A DNA stretch of 34,364 bases. Source: a virus (taxonomy: Duplodnaviria > Caudoviricetes). The translations under genes and the position numbers were made by a program. Below, in pieces: positions 8,511-17,347 of this stretch (position 1 is its first letter; each line of letters begins with the position of its first letter). The notes beneath the pieces were generated by a model. It did not search any database. It had not been told where the DNA came from and was given only the letters and a program-made list of their open reading frames with translations. The stretch lies in the IMG/VR virus record IMGVR_UViG_3300005764_000047, positions 1 through 34,364 of that record; one strand, 5' to 3'.

Positions 8511-9317
8511 ATGGCTGACGAACAGCGGGGACTAGATACGCTGATCGAGCGCTTCACGTTTGCCGATGCTGCGGCGCGCACTGGAGCCACAGGCTTATTC
8601 AACCAAGACATTGGCAAAATCGCTTACCAAACCGACACGGGTATTTATTACAGGCTAACTAGCCTTTCGCCTTTAACTTGGGCAGTGGTAGCACCGGCGG
8701 CCACAAAGATAACAATTCTAACATCTGGCACCACATGGAGCCCAACTGCGGGGTGCAGAGCGTTTTGGGCGGAATGCGTGGGCGGCGGCGGCGGCGGAGC
8801 AGCAGCTAACGGTGGGCCAAGTGCGGCTTCGTGTTGCTCAGGCGGCGGCGGTGGTGGTTACGCCGCAAAATACTACAGCGGCGTCTTGGCGGCCTCATAC
8901 ACCTGCGCTATCGGTGCAGGTGGCGCTACCGATACTGCTGGAGGCGATACCAAATTTGATGGCACCACCAACGTGTATGCAGTTGGAGGAACGCAAGGTA
9001 GTTTCATGAGCAATGGCACCGCTATCACCGTGCTTGCTGGTGGCGCCGGCGGAGGTGCTACCTTTGGCACCTTACGGATTCAGGGATCCGATGGCGGACC
9101 TGGCGTGCGTTTTAGCGGCACAGCAGGCTATGGCGGCCAAGGTGGTGCATCGGGCAGAGGTTTTGGTAGCGCAAACGGAGTTACCGTCGTTGCTGGCGTA
9201 GGAGCGGCAGGCTACTTGTATGGCGGTGGCGGTGGTGGAGCGCTCGCGTTCAGTTCAGGTGTGCAAAACGGCGGGACAGGTGCGAACGGCGTAATAAGGA
9301 TAATGGAGTTTTTCTAA
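8511..9317 (+). CDS. Glycine-rich fibre protein
   Basis: 'VGGGGGGA...SGGGGGGY...YGGGGGGA...GANGVIRIMEF' glycine-rich domain common in phage fibres. Confidence 0.75.
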   Translation: MADEQRGLDTLIERFTFADAAARTGATGLFNQDIGKIAYQTDTGIYYRLTSLSPLTWAVVAPAATKITILTSGTTWSPTAGCRAFWAECVGGGGGGAAANGGPSAASCCSGGGGGGYAAKYYSGVLAASYTCAIGAGGATDTAGGDTKFDGTTNVYAVGGTQGSFMSNGTAITVLAGGAGGGATFGTLRIQGSDGGPGVRFSGTAGYGGQGGASGRGFGSANGVTVVAGVGAAGYLYGGGGGGALAFSSGVQNGGTGANGVIRIMEFF

Positions 9318-9364
9318 CAAACAGGGGGGGGGTTTGACATTTGCACACGGCAAAAAGGTAGGAA

Positions 9365-10747
9365 ATGAACCCTTACGAGATCAACTTATACGGCACAATT
9401 GGCGCGGGTTTTTTAGAGGAAGGCAACGATGCCAAAAGCGTGGTGGACAAGATTAAGGCCGCCGGTGCAGCCCCCATTGACCTGCACATCCATTCCCAGG
9501 GCGGCAGTTTATTCGATGGTTACACCATCTACAATGCCCTACAAGCGCACCAGCCGGGCGTTAACGTGTTTATTGATGGCATAGCGGCCTCCATTGCCGC
9601 TTACGTGGCTATGGCCGGCAAAACCATTACCATGCCCGACAATGGCATGATGATGATCCACAATCCAACCATTGAACCGGGGCGCGTTGACAGCAAGAAA
9701 ATGCGCCAGCAAGCCGAATTGCTGGGCAAAGTTACCGCCTCCTACAATGAGGCCTTTGCGCGGCGCGGCCTGCTTACGGGCGAGCAAGTGCAGCAAATGA
9801 TGGATGCCGAAACGTGGATGACGGCACCAGAGGCTTTGCTGGCCGGGCTTATCGACGACATAACGCCCGAATTGGCCCTAGCCGCAAGCTTTGACCTATC
9901 GGAATTTGCGCACCCACCCGAAACGTTGCTGGCGCAGGCTGGCACCAGGCCCAGCAAAAAAGAAGGGGCGCCGCAAAGCCCGCCCAAAGGTTACCCGCAA
10001 AGCCGCGACCAATACGCTGACCCAACCAATTACAAATACCCGATCGACACCGAACAGCACACCCGCGCCGCGTGGAGCTACATTAACAAGCCGGAAAACC
10101 GCAAGGGCTACAGCGCCAGCGAGCTTACATACATGGAAAACCGCATAAAAAGCGCGGCCAAAAAGTTTGGCATTAAAATAGCGGAAGGGAATTTTGACAT
10201 CGCCGTCACCAACATGGACACTCCAGCCGCAGAACCAGAACCCCAGCCGCCGCAGCCGCCGCCAGAGGATGCGGCTAAAGAGCCCACCATCTTGGATAAG
10301 CTAAACGCCTTGCTGAAACCAAAGGGCGAATTGCAAGCCGAAATTAACGCTCTTAAAAGCCAAATTGAGGTGCGCAACGCAAGCATTGCCGACCTAAATG
10401 GGCAAATTAACAAATTAAACGCCGAGATTGTGGGGTTAAAGGCCGAGGCCAACGAATTGCCCGCAATCCGCAAGTTGGTGGCCGATTTAGAGGCGGAAAA
10501 GAAAAGCACCGAGGCCACGGTGGCGGATAAGGTGGCGGCCCTTGGTTTCCCGCAGGATAAATTGCCGGCTGCAACCGCGGACAAGGACCAGAAAAAAGAT
10601 GAAGCCACGCCTACCGCGGAAGCCTTGCTTGAGGAATTAAATAAAATTACCGACCCACGCGAATTCACCAAGGCTTACAACCGGCTACGGCCTAAAATTC
10701 AAGCCGCGTGGCAAGCCGCAAAAGCCGCCGGCACTTTGACACCCTAA
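9365..10747 (+). CDS. ClpP-type (S14) prohead protease fused to a DUF6582-like domain and a coiled-coil scaffold
   Basis: HSQGGS, GIAASIAA (catalytic Ser), MMMIHNP (His) and MDAETWM motifs, then YADPTNYKYPIDTEQHTRAAWSYIN, then a heptad coiled coil. Confidence 0.92.
   Translation: MNPYEINLYGTIGAGFLEEGNDAKSVVDKIKAAGAAPIDLHIHSQGGSLFDGYTIYNALQAHQPGVNVFIDGIAASIAAYVAMAGKTITMPDNGMMMIHNPTIEPGRVDSKKMRQQAELLGKVTASYNEAFARRGLLTGEQVQQMMDAETWMTAPEALLAGLIDDITPELALAASFDLSEFAHPPETLLAQAGTRPSKKEGAPQSPPKGYPQSRDQYADPTNYKYPIDTEQHTRAAWSYINKPENRKGYSASELTYMENRIKSAAKKFGIKIAEGNFDIAVTNMDTPAAEPEPQPPQPPPEDAAKEPTILDKLNALLKPKGELQAEINALKSQIEVRNASIADLNGQINKLNAEIVGLKAEANELPAIRKLVADLEAEKKSTEATVADKVAALGFPQDKLPAATADKDQKKDEATPTAEALLEELNKITDPREFTKAYNRLRPKIQAAWQAAKAAGTLTP
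10214..10747 (+). CDS. Putative internal in-frame scaffold protein (Nu3-like)
   Basis: In-frame ATG (MDTPAAEPEP) 14 nt after TTTTGACA (10192-10199); analogous to lambda C/Nu3. Confidence 0.5.
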   Translation: MDTPAAEPEPQPPQPPPEDAAKEPTILDKLNALLKPKGELQAEINALKSQIEVRNASIADLNGQINKLNAEIVGLKAEANELPAIRKLVADLEAEKKSTEATVADKVAALGFPQDKLPAATADKDQKKDEATPTAEALLEELNKITDPREFTKAYNRLRPKIQAAWQAAKAAGTLTP

Positions 10748-10769
10748 AAGTCAGTAACAAAAACCTCCT

Positions 10770-11651
10770 ATGGCAACCTATACCAACCTCTCCGACATTA
10801 ACTTCGCCCAGCAAGCCCTCCAGGGTTTCGTGGCGACGTTGGTGCCGTTAAACAATTTCAGCACCAATTTCGAGCCCACGCCCATACCGCCGGGCAACAC
10901 GGTTATTGTGCCGTTGATTGGGTCGCTTACCGCCACCACGTTTGGAGGCAATTACGCAATTTGCGGTGGCACCATGACGGGCATCACCGTGGTAATTAAC
11001 CGCCACAAGCACATCCCAATTGGCCAAAGTGACCTTACGCGCGCCTCAAGCTCCTGGGCACAACTCGACCGCTTCGCCTTCCAACAAGGCGCCGGCCTTG
11101 CCCTGGCGGTTTTGCAGGACATTTTGTCGCTTGTTACCAACGCCAATTTCGTGCTCGCCACCAGTGTGGCTAACCAAAGTTTTGGCATTGCCCAAATCTT
11201 AAAGGCGCGCCTTGACCTAAACAATAGCAAGGCGCCCCTTACCGAGCGGTCGTTGGTGCTAGATGTGGCGCCCTTTAATGCGCTGCTAACGCTTACCAAC
11301 TTCATCCAAACGCAAGCTTACGGCGACCGCACCGCGCTTTTGGAAGCCAAAATCCCCAGGGCATTGGGCTTCGACATCTTTGAAACCAACGGGCTGCCTG
11401 GCACCAACTCCATTATGGGTTTTGCAGCGGTGCCCAGCGCAATTGCCATTGCCATGCGCTATTTGCAGCCCGGTAGCGACCAGTATTACATCGACGCGCG
11501 GCCGGTGGCTGACCCCAACACGGGCGCCACTTTTGGCTACCGCCGGCACTACGATCCAAACACCGGCAACGAATTCATCAACTTGGAATGCAATTACGGC
11601 TACAGTGCCGGCATTACGCAAGGGCTGGAGTTTTTCCAACGCACTGACTAA
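10770..11651 (+). CDS. Major capsid protein
   Basis: 293 aa directly after the protease/scaffold; 'GNTVIVP', 'RSLVLD' and 'RALGFDIFETN' capsid-like segments; followed by a terminator-like hairpin. Confidence 0.82.
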   Translation: MATYTNLSDINFAQQALQGFVATLVPLNNFSTNFEPTPIPPGNTVIVPLIGSLTATTFGGNYAICGGTMTGITVVINRHKHIPIGQSDLTRASSSWAQLDRFAFQQGAGLALAVLQDILSLVTNANFVLATSVANQSFGIAQILKARLDLNNSKAPLTERSLVLDVAPFNALLTLTNFIQTQAYGDRTALLEAKIPRALGFDIFETNGLPGTNSIMGFAAVPSAIAIAMRYLQPGSDQYYIDARPVADPNTGATFGYRRHYDPNTGNEFINLECNYGYSAGITQGLEFFQRTD

Positions 11652-11689
11652 CACGCTTTTTTGGTTATCGTAAAACGGCTCAGACAGAT

Positions 11690-11721
11690 AAAACGGCCGC
11701 GTGCTTGGCGCGGCCGTTTTT
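11690..11721 (+). terminator. Intrinsic terminator-like hairpin after the capsid gene
   Basis: AAAACGGCCGCG-tgcttgg-CGCGGCCGTTTT: perfect 12-bp inverted repeat ending in a T-tract. Confidence 0.75.
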
Positions 11722-11726
11722 AGCTT

Positions 11727-13958
11727 ATGGCAGGCACAATTTCGCTTTGCCTAATTGCGGGCAACGTAGAGGAATATATTGAGCGGTGCCTGACCAGCTT
11801 TAGCCCTATAGCGGACGAAATTGTGGTGGTGCGCGCCATAGGCACCCAAACACCAGACGGCACACTGGATATTGCACAGCAAAAATTTGGCGCAACGGTG
11901 GGCGTTTACACGAACGGCGGCCTGGTGCACCCAAAGGACGGTCCCAGCGAAGGGTGGCCGCACATAGATAACTTTGCCGCCGCGCGCCAGCAAAGCTTTG
12001 ACATGGCCAGCGGCGATTACCTTTTTTGGGTGGACACCGACGACGTGCTGCACGCCGGCGCCGAATACGTTAGGCAACACGCCGTGCGCAATGGTTTCCC
12101 AGCCTTCTTTTTCCGTTACGACGTGTTTGGCCGCGGAGTAGATTTAACGCGCGAGCGCATGATCTTGCGCGGTGCCGGCCGTTGGCGTTACCCGGTGCAC
12201 GAATGTTTCGATTTCAACCTGCCGCCCAAAGGCGTTGAAGACCAGCGGGTAATTGTGCGGCACCTGCCCACGACGCATAAAACCGGCTCTTTGGAGCGCA
12301 ACATGCGCATTATGGAGTCGATCCCCGACAAGGAGCTTGTGCCGGGTTTAATTTACCACATGCACGGCGAACTTATGGGCTACCCCGAGCGGCAAGCCGA
12401 AGCCGTTGCGTGGGGTAAGCGCGCCTTTGAGCACCCCGAAATGGGCAAGGCCGAGCGCTACGAAATTTGCCTTAACCTGGGGCGCATAAGCAAAAAACCG
12501 CAGGTGGCGGCCGCATTTTACCACCAGGCTTATGCCATTGACCCCTGCCGGCGCGAGGCACTGGGCCTTTTAACTTCTAGCGCCTTGGATTACGGCCGTA
12601 ACGAGGAAGCTTACGCATACGCCAGGCAAATGTTGGCCACCACGCCGCCAGTGGAACGTAGTTGGAATGATCGCGCCGCGGCTTATGAGTGGTTGGGCAT
12701 AGATATTTTCACGCAAGCGTTGCGCATGAATAACATGGCCGAAGAAGCCGAACGGTGCCGGTTGCGGGTGCTAAACGATTCTGGCGGCCCAGTTATTTCG
12801 CTAATACACGCCACGCGCGGCCGACCGCGGCAAGCTTGCATTGCGCGCAAAGCTTGGCTGGACTTAGCCGAACGGCCGCAGCGTGTGGAACACGTTTTTG
12901 TAACCGACGGCGACGACGCTGTCTCTTTGCCTTTGCGCCGCATGTTTAGTGCAGTGGTGGCGCAAAAAGACGGCGGCCCAGTTGCGGCGTGGAACCTGGG
13001 GGCACAAGTAACGTGCGGGCAAATCATGGTGCAATTGTCCGACGATTGGACGCCGGTGCCGCGGTGGGATGTGCTACTGGAGGAGCGCCTGGGCAACCTT
13101 AATGAGCCAAAGGTGCTGGCTATTTCCGATGGCACGCGCAAGGACGACCTGCTTTGCATGGCTATTTGCACGCGCGCTTACTGGGCCTTGGATTACTTCT
13201 TTTTCCACCCGCGGTTTTTCAGCGTATTTAGCGACAACTGGTTTACCCACGAGGCTTACCGCCGCGGCGTGGTGGTGCAAGCCCGCGACGTAGTATTTAC
13301 GCACCGGCACCCGTTTTTTATGGAAACCGTGGAATTGGACGATGTTTATTTGCGCAGCAACGCCGCGGAACATTACGACCAGGGCCAAAAAACCATGCGC
13401 TTCCTTGCCAGCGGCCAGGATTGGAGCAGTGTGCACGGCTGGTTCAATTACTGGCCTTTTTACCGCGCCGTGGCAGCCAACTTAAAACAGGGCGACACGG
13501 TGGCCGAAGTTGGCACCTGGCTGGGCCGCTCCATAATTTACCTGGCGCAAGAATGCCAGCGCCTTAACAAAAATGTGCACTTAATTGCCGTTGATAGTTA
13601 CCGCGGCGAACACGACCAAAAAGAGCAGCTCGATGTGGTGGCCCAGCACGGTGGCAGCATATTGCCGGCGTTTAAAGCTAACCTACAGCGGTGCGGCGTG
13701 GCCGGCATGGTTGAAATTTTGGATGGCGATAGCGCCCAAATGGCCGGGCGCGTTGGCGATGGCACCCTGGCCTTTTGTTTTATCGATGCCGCGCATGATT
13801 ACGCGAGCGTGCGCCGGGACATAACGGCGTGGTTGCCAAAAATTAAAAAGGGCGGCATGTTGGCCGGCCACGATGCGCAGCATGAGCCCGTAATGCGAGC
13901 CGTTAAGGAGCATTTTAAAAATGCGCAGGTGGTGGGGCCAATATGGATAGCAGCGTAA
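11727..13958 (+). CDS. Multidomain GT2 - TPR - GT2 - class I SAM methyltransferase (Methyltransf_24-like)
   Basis: GT-A 1: NFAAARQQS...WVDTDD...YPVHE. TPR-like helices: AYAIDPCRREAL. GT-A 2: ISLIHATRGRP...QLSDDW...FSDNWFT. Methyltransferase: EVGTWLGRS...FIDAAHDY...GGMLAGHD. Confidence 0.88.
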   Translation: MAGTISLCLIAGNVEEYIERCLTSFSPIADEIVVVRAIGTQTPDGTLDIAQQKFGATVGVYTNGGLVHPKDGPSEGWPHIDNFAAARQQSFDMASGDYLFWVDTDDVLHAGAEYVRQHAVRNGFPAFFFRYDVFGRGVDLTRERMILRGAGRWRYPVHECFDFNLPPKGVEDQRVIVRHLPTTHKTGSLERNMRIMESIPDKELVPGLIYHMHGELMGYPERQAEAVAWGKRAFEHPEMGKAERYEICLNLGRISKKPQVAAAFYHQAYAIDPCRREALGLLTSSALDYGRNEEAYAYARQMLATTPPVERSWNDRAAAYEWLGIDIFTQALRMNNMAEEAERCRLRVLNDSGGPVISLIHATRGRPRQACIARKAWLDLAERPQRVEHVFVTDGDDAVSLPLRRMFSAVVAQKDGGPVAAWNLGAQVTCGQIMVQLSDDWTPVPRWDVLLEERLGNLNEPKVLAISDGTRKDDLLCMAICTRAYWALDYFFFHPRFFSVFSDNWFTHEAYRRGVVVQARDVVFTHRHPFFMETVELDDVYLRSNAAEHYDQGQKTMRFLASGQDWSSVHGWFNYWPFYRAVAANLKQGDTVAEVGTWLGRSIIYLAQECQRLNKNVHLIAVDSYRGEHDQKEQLDVVAQHGGSILPAFKANLQRCGVAGMVEILDGDSAQMAGRVGDGTLAFCFIDAAHDYASVRRDITAWLPKIKKGGMLAGHDAQHEPVMRAVKEHFKNAQVVGPIWIAA

Positions 13959-14539
13959 CGCCAGAACCACTTTTGTCGGTATTAACGCCCGCGGTGCCTT
14001 CGCGCATCTTGGCGGTTAACAGCTTGTGCAAGGTGTTGGCCGACCAAATAGGTGCCGCCCCAGTTGAGCACATAATTTTGGTGGACAACAAACGGCGCAC
14101 GGTAGGCGAAAAGCGCGATGCCTTATTGCGTGCTGCGCGCGGGTTTTACGTGGCTTTTGTAGATGACGACGATATGGTGGCCCCAGAATATGTGCACGAA
14201 CTGTTGCAAGCCACGCATTCGCGCCCAGACGTAATAACGTTTTGCCAGCAAGCAAGGGTAAATGGGGCGTGCGCCCTTGTGGAATTCAAGCTGGGCAATC
14301 CTAACGAAGAATTCAAGCCCGACGTCACGGTAAGGCGTAACGCCTGGCATGTGTGCGCCTGGGCGCGCACCCTGGCAATACAAAGCCATTTCCCAGCCCT
14401 TAATTACGGCGAAGATTGGGCTTTTGCCGAGCCACTTTGCAAGCTTGCAAAAACCGAGGTGCACATCCCGCAGGTTTTGCATTATTATAGGCATGCCACG
14501 GAGTTATCCGAAGCGCCGCCACTACAGCGCACCTTATGA
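13943..14539 (+). CDS. Glycosyltransferase family 2 (GT-A fold)
   Basis: LLSVLTPAV, 'VGEKRDAL', YVAFVDDDD, YGEDWAFA and 'LHYYRH' motifs. Confidence 0.88.
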   Translation: MDSSVTPEPLLSVLTPAVPSRILAVNSLCKVLADQIGAAPVEHIILVDNKRRTVGEKRDALLRAARGFYVAFVDDDDMVAPEYVHELLQATHSRPDVITFCQQARVNGACALVEFKLGNPNEEFKPDVTVRRNAWHVCAWARTLAIQSHFPALNYGEDWAFAEPLCKLAKTEVHIPQVLHYYRHATELSEAPPLQRTL

Positions 14540-14763
14540 CCATGTATTTCCGTGATGCCGCAGTTGCCGAGCGTTTCTTGGCGCTTTGCACCGAGCGCGC
14601 CATAGCCGCGCACGTAACGCGCAACGGCCAAAAGCTGGTGGTTGACGCCCAGGTGCCGCGCGGCGCCCGCAGTAAATTCGTGGCGGCCTGGGCAGCCCTT
14701 AGCATGGAAGTGCCGGGCCAGCAGCGCCGCGCCGATGCACAGTTAACTTTGCGCTGGCGTTGA
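14536..14763 (+). CDS. Hypothetical protein (75 aa)
   Basis: ATGA overlap with the GT2 stop. Confidence 0.55.
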   Translation: MTMYFRDAAVAERFLALCTERAIAAHVTRNGQKLVVDAQVPRGARSKFVAAWAALSMEVPGQQRRADAQLTLRWR

Positions 14764-14783
14764 CAATTGGGCCACCTCTAAAG

Positions 14784-15140
14784 GTGTCGCTCCAATCGCA
14801 AGTTACAACGCTAATGGCCATGGGCATGGACGACCGCATCGCCATGTTTGGCAAAACGGGCCGCATGAAAGACCAAGACGGCAGCCCCACGCACACTTTC
14901 AATTGCTATTATACCCCAGTGCGCTCCAGCGAACAGTTAACCGAAGCGTTGTTTAAAGATGTGCATGACAGCATTGTGCGCGTGCCCAAAACCGAACAAT
15001 GGGTGGATGCCACGGTTGGCAAAGAGCTAACGCTATTGGCCGCCCAAAACAATGGCAGCGATATGCGGTTGCGCATAAGCGAACTGGGCCACTCAACCAT
15101 TAACCCCGAATTCGTGCTGGGCTGCAAAGCCCTTTTCTGA
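14784..15140 (+). CDS. Head-closure protein, FII-like by position
   Basis: Size and position before the neck genes; GTG start at 14784, 18 nt after TTGACA. Confidence 0.55.
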   Translation: MSLQSQVTTLMAMGMDDRIAMFGKTGRMKDQDGSPTHTFNCYYTPVRSSEQLTEALFKDVHDSIVRVPKTEQWVDATVGKELTLLAAQNNGSDMRLRISELGHSTINPEFVLGCKALF

Positions 15141-15142
15141 TT

Positions 15143-15823
15143 ATGCCCGAGGCGCCCGTCATACAATTTACCGTGCGCGTGGACGATTCACAGTTATTGG
15201 CAAGGACAGCCGAAATGGCGCGGGCTACTGGGCGCACCATTGCTGAACAATCGCGCCTTACCATGAAGGCGCTGGTTAAATACGTGCTTACCTACACGCC
15301 GCCGGCAAGCCAAAAAGCACAGGGCAAAGCGGCCCAAACCGCCGGCGAACTGGCCGTTGTGCGCGACATGAAGAAGCTTTTTTACGCCGTGGATTTTAAG
15401 GGCAAGCGCACCGAGAAATTTCCCGACCCAGGGGCGCTGCACCAGGCGGCCTTTGCCTCCGGAGCGCTGGTGCCACCATCTAAGCGTTACCACGTTGACA
15501 AGGCCAAAATAACGGCGCTAAAGACCACTTTGCAACATAACATTGGCCTATTGGCTTCTGGTTGGGCGCCATCCGCAAACACCCTGGGCGTGCCCATGCC
15601 GGCGTGGATAACCCGGTGGGCAGGTTCGGGCCGCGGCACCAATTTAATTACAACCGAGCGTGGCACCAAGCTTAACCTAAAAGTAACCAACCACATGCCC
15701 GGCACGGCGCGTGTGGTGGCGGCGCAAACGCAAAGGCTAGTGGAATCTGCAAAACGCGCCCAGGTAAATTCAATGCAGCGCCAGCTGCCTTACATCTTGA
15801 AACGGGCGCTCAGGGGACACTAA
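15143..15823 (+). CDS. Neck/tail completion protein, Z-like by position
   Basis: Basic helical protein containing 'TPP' and 'GLLASGW'; synteny with lambdoid tails. Confidence 0.55.
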   Translation: MPEAPVIQFTVRVDDSQLLARTAEMARATGRTIAEQSRLTMKALVKYVLTYTPPASQKAQGKAAQTAGELAVVRDMKKLFYAVDFKGKRTEKFPDPGALHQAAFASGALVPPSKRYHVDKAKITALKTTLQHNIGLLASGWAPSANTLGVPMPAWITRWAGSGRGTNLITTERGTKLNLKVTNHMPGTARVVAAQTQRLVESAKRAQVNSMQRQLPYILKRALRGH

Positions 15824-15829
15824 AAAAAA

Positions 15830-16312
15830 GTGGCCACGCCATCCATCCAGCTTGACCTTGAAAACGCGCTTAAAAGCTACCTTACGGGCATTTCGCTTTT
15901 CGTGCCGGCGGTGCCGGTGGTGGCGGCCCACGCCACCGAAACCGTGACGGACGGCACCTACATTTCTATTAAAGCCGATACGCCAGATTGGTATAGTTTG
16001 GGCGGTTACAACGCACAAATTAACGTGGTGTTCGAATTTGGCACTAAGGTAAGCGACCCCGCCGTGCGCAACGCCGCGGACATAGCGCATTCGGTGCGCA
16101 CGGGCAATTTAATTGAGTGGCTGTCCATGCAAAATTTTGCCCAAATGAAGGGGCAACTTAATGCCCCCGCTTTCCCGCTGCCCGATAACCGGCCGTGGAA
16201 AGGGCTGGGCTTTAGCGCATGGGAAGAAATGACGCCGCCGGCCGAAGAGCGCACCGAAACGCAAATTGTAACCCGGTTGGCCTACGAATTTGTGGTGCAG
16301 TTGGAATCGTAA
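15830..16312 (+). CDS. Tail terminator protein, U-like by position
   Basis: 160 aa immediately before the tail tube gene; GTG start. Confidence 0.55.
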   Translation: MATPSIQLDLENALKSYLTGISLFVPAVPVVAAHATETVTDGTYISIKADTPDWYSLGGYNAQINVVFEFGTKVSDPAVRNAADIAHSVRTGNLIEWLSMQNFAQMKGQLNAPAFPLPDNRPWKGLGFSAWEEMTPPAEERTETQIVTRLAYEFVVQLES

Positions 16313-16354
16313 TTTTGACAAGCGGCCACCATTAACTTTTAACCTCCAAAGCTT

Positions 16355-16726
16355 ATGGCACAGCACCAGCAAGTTGGCTCTTTTATTTACACCCGCAGTG
16401 CCCCCACGTTTACCGGTTACATAGTTGTGGGCGGCACGTGGCAAGAAGATGATGCATTGCAAGTGGACGATGTCCTAAACCAAGACGAGGCCACGTTTAA
16501 TACGACGGGCTGGGACCCTGGCCTAAACGCGCGCTGCGACCTATTGGCGCAAACAACAACCGCCGGCACGGCCTCTTTGCTCGTGTTGGACATAATTACC
16601 GAGGTTACGCCCTCGACGCGTTCTTGGCTGGTTAAAAAGGTGAGTAAAAAGTTTGCGAAGCGCAAAGTGGTTTTCACGGTGGAGTTGCAATTTAGGGCGG
16701 CGCAAGACCTGACCCAATTCTTTTAA
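16355..16726 (+). CDS. Major tail (tube) protein, compact
   Basis: Beta-rich 123 aa protein two genes before the tape measure, with a TTTTGACA motif upstream. Confidence 0.55.
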   Translation: MAQHQQVGSFIYTRSAPTFTGYIVVGGTWQEDDALQVDDVLNQDEATFNTTGWDPGLNARCDLLAQTTTAGTASLLVLDIITEVTPSTRSWLVKKVSKKFAKRKVVFTVELQFRAAQDLTQFF

Positions 16727-16729
16727 AAT

Positions 16730-17344
16730 GTGGCTGACGGTTTCGAGTTTAGAACTAGCGATCAGGTTGATGACAGTTTTGCCGAGGCCGTTGTCCACTC
16801 TAAGGCGCACCGCGTTTTAGGGCTCAGGCTGCGGCCATTTTCGCTTTGGCACGCGGCAAACTTGGACTTTATTGCCAGCCCATTTGCCGGGCACAAAACG
16901 CTGGTTGACCTTGCCGCGCTTTACGTTGCCGCGCGTGTTTGCCAGTTACGTTACCCTAGCGTTTACCGCCGCAGCCACCTAGAGCGGGCACTTAAGTTGT
17001 GGATGTTATGGCGCTTTAAAGCAACAAAACGCCATCGCGGCAAGCCAGCCAGGTTTCCGTTACTGGCCGAGGTAGCAAAATTTAGCGCCTACTTGCGCGA
17101 TTACGCCAGTCGCCCCGAATACATGCAAGGCGAAGATAGCGTGCCGGTAAGGTGCCCCTGGTATCTTTACGAGGCCGCGCTTTTAAAGAATTACAACCCT
17201 GGCATGACGTGGGGCCAATGTTGGGATTTCCCGGTGGGCGAAGCTGGGTGGTGCAATGCGGCAATGCACGAGGCGCACGGCAATAAGATTGAGCTTGTGA
17301 CGCCCGAATACCGTAAAGCCTTCAGAGAGGCAGGCTACGAATAA
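16730..17344 (+). CDS. Tail assembly chaperone
   Basis: Between tail tube and tape measure; 'VLGLRLRPFSLWH' and 'WDFPVGEAGW' segments. Confidence 0.65.
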   Translation: MADGFEFRTSDQVDDSFAEAVVHSKAHRVLGLRLRPFSLWHAANLDFIASPFAGHKTLVDLAALYVAARVCQLRYPSVYRRSHLERALKLWMLWRFKATKRHRGKPARFPLLAEVAKFSAYLRDYASRPEYMQGEDSVPVRCPWYLYEAALLKNYNPGMTWGQCWDFPVGEAGWCNAAMHEAHGNKIELVTPEYRKAFREAGYE

Positions 17345-17347
17345 AAA

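Noticed and set aside
5703-9317. Diversity-generating retroelement or invertible fibre cassette
   Set aside because: No reverse transcriptase, invertase, adenine-variant nucleotide repeat or inverted gene copy was seen; the paralogy is diverged and at protein level.
17182-17188. T-TTA-AAG slippery heptamer in the tail chaperone as a G/GT frameshift
   Set aside because: The -1 frame stops near 17286, before the zero-frame stop, and the zero-frame ORF already reaches the tape measure gene.
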